From Candidatus Gottesmanbacteria bacterium (GTDB lineage: Bacteria > Patescibacteriota > Microgenomatia > UBA10105 > UBA927): a stretch of 64,000 nt of DNA. Of this stretch, positions 59,511 through 64,000 are shown in pieces. A program made the translations under genes and the position numbers. Location: assembly GCA_963809665.1 (NCBI GenBank), contig CAWEKC010000005.1:104392-168391 (forward strand). Reading direction: 5' to 3'. The notes beneath the pieces are model-generated. The model was not told the DNA's origin and ran no database searches. It saw only the letters and a list, made by a program, of their open reading frames with translations. Numbering within the stretch: the first letter of the stretch is position 1; every line of letters starts with the position of its first letter.

Positions 59511-60197
59511 ATGGGATATTATGGTCGATTGGAATTAAAATTAAAGGCGAGAAAGATGCGTAGCGATGGTAAATCGTATATAGATATTATGCGTACGTTA
59601 CGCATACCGAAGTCCACAGTTTCTGATTGGTGTCACGATGTACAGCTTACCAAGAGCCAATTACAGAAGCTTTACAAAAGTAAAATTGCAGGAGCATTAA
59701 AAGGAAGTATTATTGCTGCCAAAAATAAACAAAATCGGCGCATTGAGGAAACTAAAAAACTATTTGCTTTAGGTATGAAAGAGGTTGGTATTTTATCTAA
59801 AAGAGATAGATTATTAGCCGGAATCGCATTTTACGCATCTGAAGGAACTAAAAGTGATAAGGGTTGTAGTTTTGCCAATTCCGACCCAACTATTATTAAG
59901 TTTATGGTCGATTGGTTCCGCGAGTTCGGTCATGTACCTCAAAAGAAATTTTACGGAGCGATTTGGCTTCACGAGGGTTTAAATGAAGATAAAGCCAAGA
60001 GATTTTGGTCCAAGTTGACACGGATTCCTGTAGCCCATTTTTATAAAACATATATTGCGTTAAACAAAAAGGATAGTAAAAAAATCAGAAAAATTATTCA
60101 TCAAAACGGCGTTTTCTCCTTTTATGTGAGTGACGTTGTACTGTACCGTAAAATTCGAGGCTGGATTGGTGGCGTTCTGGCGGTGTCAATGGTATAA
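59511..60197 (+). CDS. HTH plus single LAGLIDADG-like domain protein, low GC
   Basis: R..GKSY..I...L.IPKSTVS.W HTH; LLAGIAFYASEG followed by CSFANSDP; very basic. Confidence 0.65.
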   Translation: MGYYGRLELKLKARKMRSDGKSYIDIMRTLRIPKSTVSDWCHDVQLTKSQLQKLYKSKIAGALKGSIIAAKNKQNRRIEETKKLFALGMKEVGILSKRDRLLAGIAFYASEGTKSDKGCSFANSDPTIIKFMVDWFREFGHVPQKKFYGAIWLHEGLNEDKAKRFWSKLTRIPVAHFYKTYIALNKKDSKKIRKIIHQNGVFSFYVSDVVLYRKIRGWIGGVLAVSMV

Positions 60198-60216
60198 TGT
60201 TTAGGTTCCTTAATAT

Positions 60217-60479
60217 TCCCCTGTAGCTCAACGGTAGAGCGGCTTCCTGTCAATTAGGCAGCGCCCAGATGTAAATCTGGATGGAAAACTAGGCTAATTC
60301 GGGGGACTCCCGCCAGAGGCGGGATAATCCCGAGCTAACCCCGACATAGAGTCGGGAAAATGTGTAGAGACTATATACCTAGCTCCCGATTATTTGGGAT
60401 GATGAGATAGTCCAAGCCTTTTGGTAACAGAAGGGTTCTTGTAAGAAGAAGGTTGCAGGTTCGAATCCTGCCGGGGGAG
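60217..60479 (+). tRNA. tRNA-Asn(GTT) interrupted by a group I intron (exons 60217-60250 and 60442-60479)
   Basis: TCCCCTG/CGGGGGA acceptor, G73; spliced anticodon arm CTTC-CTGTTAA-GAAG; TGgTATAAT promoter upstream. Confidence 0.9.
60251..60441 (+). ncRNA. Group I intron (191 nt, no ORF) between anticodon positions 35 and 36
   Basis: P1 CTGTC/GGCAG with U.G at the splice site; P3 CTAGG/CCTAG; P7 GACTA/TAGTC within GAGACTATA and GATAGTCC; P2, P5, P6, P8 and P9 hairpins; terminal G. Confidence 0.9.
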
Positions 60480-60571
60480 CTTAGACTTATGGTTGTGGAA
60501 ATCTTGTTATACGATTGCTGCCAATGTTTCTGTTGTTTGTTTCACTTAAATTCTTAATAAATCACAATAAT

Positions 60572-61252
60572 ATGAGGAAATATAAACAAAGAACTAAGAG
60601 AGTAACTTTTTACGTTTTATTAATTTTTGTGATAGTTATTATTGTCTTATTCTTTTTAACCTTACAGATGTTCTCCTCAAAACCGATCCAAGTGTCACAA
60701 TTGTCACCAAATACTCCAACAATTTCATTCAAAACTAACAGCGATCCTAGAATTATCAAAGAGGGCAATAAGATTTCCTTTTATGATTCGGTTAATAATT
60801 ATTATTTAGACCTTTCTAGTTTACCTGATGTCAGTCTTACCGATCGCGACACAGATGATATTTACGAATTCGAAATGTATGCATCAAATGCCCATTCAGA
60901 TAAAGGAAGCATTGCCCGGTTTGGTCTATCCCAACCACTTCTAAATCCTCAGGGTTTGAACTTACCTGACTTTGCTAGTAAACAATATAACTACAAGATA
61001 GGAACTGATAACAGTACAGGATGGGGCCCTTTAACAACATCCGCATTGAAAGAAGTGGTAGTGGGAAATAATTATCCTGCAATCACATGGACTTCAGAGA
61101 GTCCGGGTAATGGCTCATATTTTTTTAATTACTATCTTATTCAAATTAAAGATAGAATTGTCTTTGCTAAACTAGTAGCATGGAATAAGAAAATTTTTGA
61201 TTCTAATATTACTGTTTTCAGAAATATATTAAATTCATTCCGTGCTGATTAA
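60572..61252 (+). CDS. Hypothetical exported protein, low GC
   Basis: N-terminal TM; C-terminal F.NILNSF pattern reminiscent of PsbP-like proteins. Confidence 0.65.
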   Translation: MRKYKQRTKRVTFYVLLIFVIVIIVLFFLTLQMFSSKPIQVSQLSPNTPTISFKTNSDPRIIKEGNKISFYDSVNNYYLDLSSLPDVSLTDRDTDDIYEFEMYASNAHSDKGSIARFGLSQPLLNPQGLNLPDFASKQYNYKIGTDNSTGWGPLTTSALKEVVVGNNYPAITWTSESPGNGSYFFNYYLIQIKDRIVFAKLVAWNKKIFDSNITVFRNILNSFRAD

Positions 61253-61293
61253 TCTAACCAAAGGCCGGTTTTTGTACAACAGATAAACAAAGA

Positions 61294-61322
61294 GTTCGAG
61301 TAAGGTCAGGCACAGGGAGCCA
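61294..61322 (+). repeat. Degenerate tRNA-3'-end-like element
   Basis: GTTCGA-N16-GGAGCCA. Confidence 0.45.
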
Positions 61323-61387
61323 ATTAGTTTAGCCTCAGTTTTTAAATACCTTCAGTTGAATATTCAAACTCATGCTATGATCATCTT

Positions 61388-61762
61388 ATGAGTGAATTAC
61401 CCCCACCTATTGATAGTCGAAATATATATATGCGAGAGATTGAGGAAAAAGGTTTAAATAACTTTTATTCAGATATGGTTGGAGGCTATAGAAGAGTTGG
61501 ATGTAAAAATATACCTGGAATGCTTACGAAAAAAGATTCAGGCAGTAGGATGGGGAAAAGTATGGAGGAGTATTGGAAAGATATAGACGAGGCGTTTATA
61601 CAAATGGATATTGACAAGAATAAGGTTAGTGGCTTACAGGAACAAATGAGAAACGGAAAAGGGAGGAGAGAAGATTTGCTCAGGGAATTAAATGCATTAC
61701 TAGTGCCGGTATATGTCCGATTAAGAGAGCAGGGTTATTCGCAAATAGATCTTTGGTCATAA
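61388..61762 (+). CDS. Hypothetical protein, low GC
   Basis: 124-aa ORF; TGcTATGAT 6 nt before ATG. Confidence 0.65.
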   Translation: MSELPPPIDSRNIYMREIEEKGLNNFYSDMVGGYRRVGCKNIPGMLTKKDSGSRMGKSMEEYWKDIDEAFIQMDIDKNKVSGLQEQMRNGKGRREDLLRELNALLVPVYVRLREQGYSQIDLWS

Positions 61763-61926
61763 TATCTTTTTCGTAAATTTGTCTTCCAGAAAATTAGTAA
61801 TACCCGGTGAAATATCTGTTATTACCGATGATATGTAAATGGGAAGGCTTAGCCTCGAGCAGTTAAAAGAGCAGGAATAGGTTAGAAATTGATTAATCGT
61901 CGAAAATCACCGGTTTTGGGTATAAA

Positions 61927-61959
61927 GCAGGTTCGAACATCGTATACCGCTCGGAGCCA
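61927..61959 (+). repeat. tRNA-3'-end-like direct repeat, copy 1
   Basis: GCAGGTTCGAACATCGTATACCGCTCGGAGCCA. Confidence 0.75.
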
Positions 61960-62020
61960 GTTGGCACTTAATATACTAAATTATTTTTACTATTCTTAGT
62001 TATTGGAATATAGTTAAGTT

Positions 62021-62263
62021 ATGAGATTTGCAAAAAGATTCTTTTTATTCCTACTTCTTGCTTTTGTTATTTATGCCCTTTTTTCATTAAAAGCTTACTT
62101 TGGATATAGAAGTGGCTATCGAGATTGCGATACAGTTAGGGGAACATCAGAATTGATCTCTCCTGATCCAAAAGCGTCTTGTAGATGGAATAACTCTTAT
62201 TTATTCTGGAAAGTATTATTTCCTTTTGGATGGCCAGTCTATCCGCATAGGGCACCTATATAA
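62021..62263 (+). CDS. Small membrane protein
   Basis: N-terminal TM, Cys pair; TATAGT 6 nt before ATG. Confidence 0.6.
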   Translation: MRFAKRFFLFLLLAFVIYALFSLKAYFGYRSGYRDCDTVRGTSELISPDPKASCRWNNSYLFWKVLFPFGWPVYPHRAPI

Positions 62264-62378
62264 TAGTTCTGACCTTTTCTACCTCTTTTTTTATTTGAAC
62301 TACTAACCTGAAATCTTCGAATGTCTTAATAATACTTGCTAATCGAGTGGTTATATTAGTGTTACGATTCTCGAGCAA

Positions 62379-62588
62379 TTATTTATCATTATGTTCTACT
62401 TTTAGAATAAGATTTGGCTTAATCCCTGACAACGCAGGCAACAAATGATTTAATACTTGCTCAGGTGTCATCCGAAATTTATTTCCCCGAGCTGAAATTT
62501 TGACCCATCCATCTTTATCTTTATAATATTTCTCAGTATAATTCTTAGTTCCAATACTAATCACATAGTTTTCATTCTTGAGATTCAT
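62379..62588 (-). CDS. Small hypothetical protein
   Basis: 69-aa ORF; TGcTAAAAT 6 nt before ATG. Confidence 0.6.
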   Translation of the reverse strand: MNLKNENYVISIGTKNYTEKYYKDKDGWVKISARGNKFRMTPEQVLNHLLPALSGIKPNLILKVEHNDK

Positions 62589-62607
62589 TGATTAATTTTA
62601 GCATAAT

Positions 62608-62636
62608 AGGTTCGAACATCCTCTACCGCTCGGAGC
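62608..62636 (+). repeat. tRNA-3'-end-like direct repeat, copy 2
   Basis: AGGTTCGAACATCCTCTACCGCTCGGAGC, 27/29 identical to 61929-61957. Confidence 0.75.
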
Positions 62637-62652
62637 ATAGTATAATAAACAT

Positions 62653-63027
62653 ATGGAAATTTCAGTTTATCTTGCAAGGTTTTGGGGAAGTTTGTTTATA
62701 ATCCTCGGTTTGGGCGCCATGGGAGTCAAATTATTAGGCAGGATTATACAATATACCGAAGATAAGACTATTACAGTTTCCACCGGATATATTACGTTTC
62801 TTTTAGGATTAATCACGGTAACACTGCACAATGTTTGGGTTGCCGATTGGAGAGTGGCTATTACCATTTTAGGTTGGACAACTTTATTAAAAGGAATTGA
62901 AAAAATTGCATTTCCGAACCGGGTCAATAAAATAGCAGTGAAGTTTAAAGGCGGACAAACACTTTGGGGATTTGTTATCTTTCTAATCGGAGTATTTTAC
63001 TTTTGGATAAGTTTAACCCTTCGGTAA
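62653..63027 (+). CDS. Four-TM membrane protein
   Basis: HNVWVADWRVAITILGW..LLKG motif; TATAAT 6 nt before ATG. Confidence 0.7.
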   Translation: MEISVYLARFWGSLFIILGLGAMGVKLLGRIIQYTEDKTITVSTGYITFLLGLITVTLHNVWVADWRVAITILGWTTLLKGIEKIAFPNRVNKIAVKFKGGQTLWGFVIFLIGVFYFWISLTLR

Positions 63028-63030
63028 GAT

Positions 63031-63297
63031 ATGTCATATTTATCCATATTGGCGACAATTGTTGGGATTGTGATGGCTTTGGCTGGAGTTCCACAGGCGA
63101 TTAAAATATTTAGGAGAAAAAGCGTGGAAGATATATCTCCAATAACTTATTTCATTATTAGTATTGGTGGTATTGTTTGGGTGTTCTATGGATTTGAGAT
63201 TCATAGTATTGCTGTGATAATTTCCAATGCTTTGGTTATGTTAACCTCAATCTTCGTGATTATAGAGTATTATCTATTTAGAAAATCTACCACGTAG
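63031..63297 (+). CDS. SemiSWEET/PQ-loop family transporter
   Basis: 3 TMs, PQAIKIFRRKSVEDISP, W..YG, I.SN. Confidence 0.85.
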   Translation: MSYLSILATIVGIVMALAGVPQAIKIFRRKSVEDISPITYFIISIGGIVWVFYGFEIHSIAVIISNALVMLTSIFVIIEYYLFRKSTT

Positions 63298-63350
63298 GAA
63301 TTTGCGGTGGAATTGGATTTTGAAAAATCTGAGCAAGGTGTTTGCTGTAT

Positions 63351-64000
63351 TTACCTCGTCGGCAACGTAAAAGTAAAGGTAGAGCCCTTGCCGGGTTCGC
63401 TTGATTCCAGGACAACATCCCCATGCATGAGTTGGGCAAACTTTCTTGATATATAAAGTCCTAACCCGATGCTTTTTGCCGAAGACTGCAAACGGGCGCT
63501 GTCAATCTGCATAAACCGCTTAAAAAGCATCCGTTGATAGTCCTGCGGGATACCCCTGCCGGTATCTGTAATTTTTGTCGCTATCGCGGTGGGGCTCTCC
63601 TGATGCGTGATCGTGAGTCCTCCCTGCAGCGTGTACTTGATGCCGTTGCTCATCAGGTTTGTCAACACTTCTTTTGATTTCGTTTGGTCTGCGACAACCA
63701 TCCTGTGTTCAACGGAGAAAGGCTCGTGATTGATATAGAGTTTCCGGCTTTTAGCTAGGTCTGAAAGTTCCCGGATGACTTCATCGGTGAGCGCGACAAT
63801 ATCAAAAGGTTTTGTTTCCACCTGCAGTCTGCCCTGTTCAATCCGTGATATGTTCAGGTAATCATTAACGAGAACTACTAATTGTTCGGATGTTTTGTCA
63901 ATTTGCGTCAGGTGCTCAACTATTTTTTCGCGGCCCATTGTATCCATCTTTGTCAACAGTAAGGATGTTGCGAGGCGTATAACGGTTAGCGGCGTGCGAA
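63351..64000 (-). CDS. Sensor histidine kinase, C-terminal part (5' end outside window)
   Basis: RTPLTVI at the window edge, NLMSNGIKYT, DTGRGI, GLGLYI, GKGSTFTFTLP. Confidence 0.92.
   Translation of the reverse strand, partial: RTPLTVIRLATSLLLTKMDTMGREKIVEHLTQIDKTSEQLVVLVNDYLNISRIEQGRLQVETKPFDIVALTDEVIRELSDLAKSRKLYINHEPFSVEHRMVVADQTKSKEVLTNLMSNGIKYTLQGGLTITHQESPTAIATKITDTGRGIPQDYQRMLFKRFMQIDSARLQSSAKSIGLGLYISRKFAQLMHGDVVLESSEPGKGSTFTFTLPTR

Noticed and set aside
60217-60256. Calling the interrupted tRNA tRNA-Asp(GTC)
   Set aside because: GTC appears only if the first intron base is included; P1 geometry, the terminal G and U1-A72 give Asn(GTT)
61927-62636. CRISPR array from the 29-bp direct repeats
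   Set aside because: Only two close copies, about 680 bp apart with whole genes between, and no cas genes

Overview
A 64-kb chromosomal window spanning the replication origin (rpmH-dnaA-oriC-dnaN) of a small-genome bacterium. The gene content suggests Patescibacteria/CPR, probably Microgenomates; this is inference from the DUF4012 protein, T4SS-pilin arrays, PrgI/VirB4 cluster and mevalonate operon. Contents in order: rplY; the yidC/yidD/rnpA/rpmH cluster; two large surface-protein genes between rpmH and dnaA; oriC with DnaA boxes and DnaA-trios; a chromosomal type IV secretion-like cluster (M23 hydrolase, VirB4, PrgI, VirB6-like, eight VirB2-like pilins, one carrying four 6-Cys modules); nadD-nadE; an ECF-sigma-led mevalonate-to-undecaprenyl-PP operon with archaeal-type upper enzymes; smpB-tmRNA; six ordinary tRNAs; dnaG-rpoD; and a low-GC region near 59.5-63.3 kb. 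That region holds an HTH/LAGLIDADG-like gene, a tRNA-Asn(GTT) split inside its anticodon by a 191-nt group I intron, and small genes separated by degenerate tRNA-3'-end-like repeats. Window-wide signals are -10 boxes 6-7 nt before start codons (probably leaderless mRNAs), short GC palindromes inside coding sequences, and about 8 single-base frameshifts that are probably assembly errors. All product calls come from motif recognition by eye; no database searches were run.
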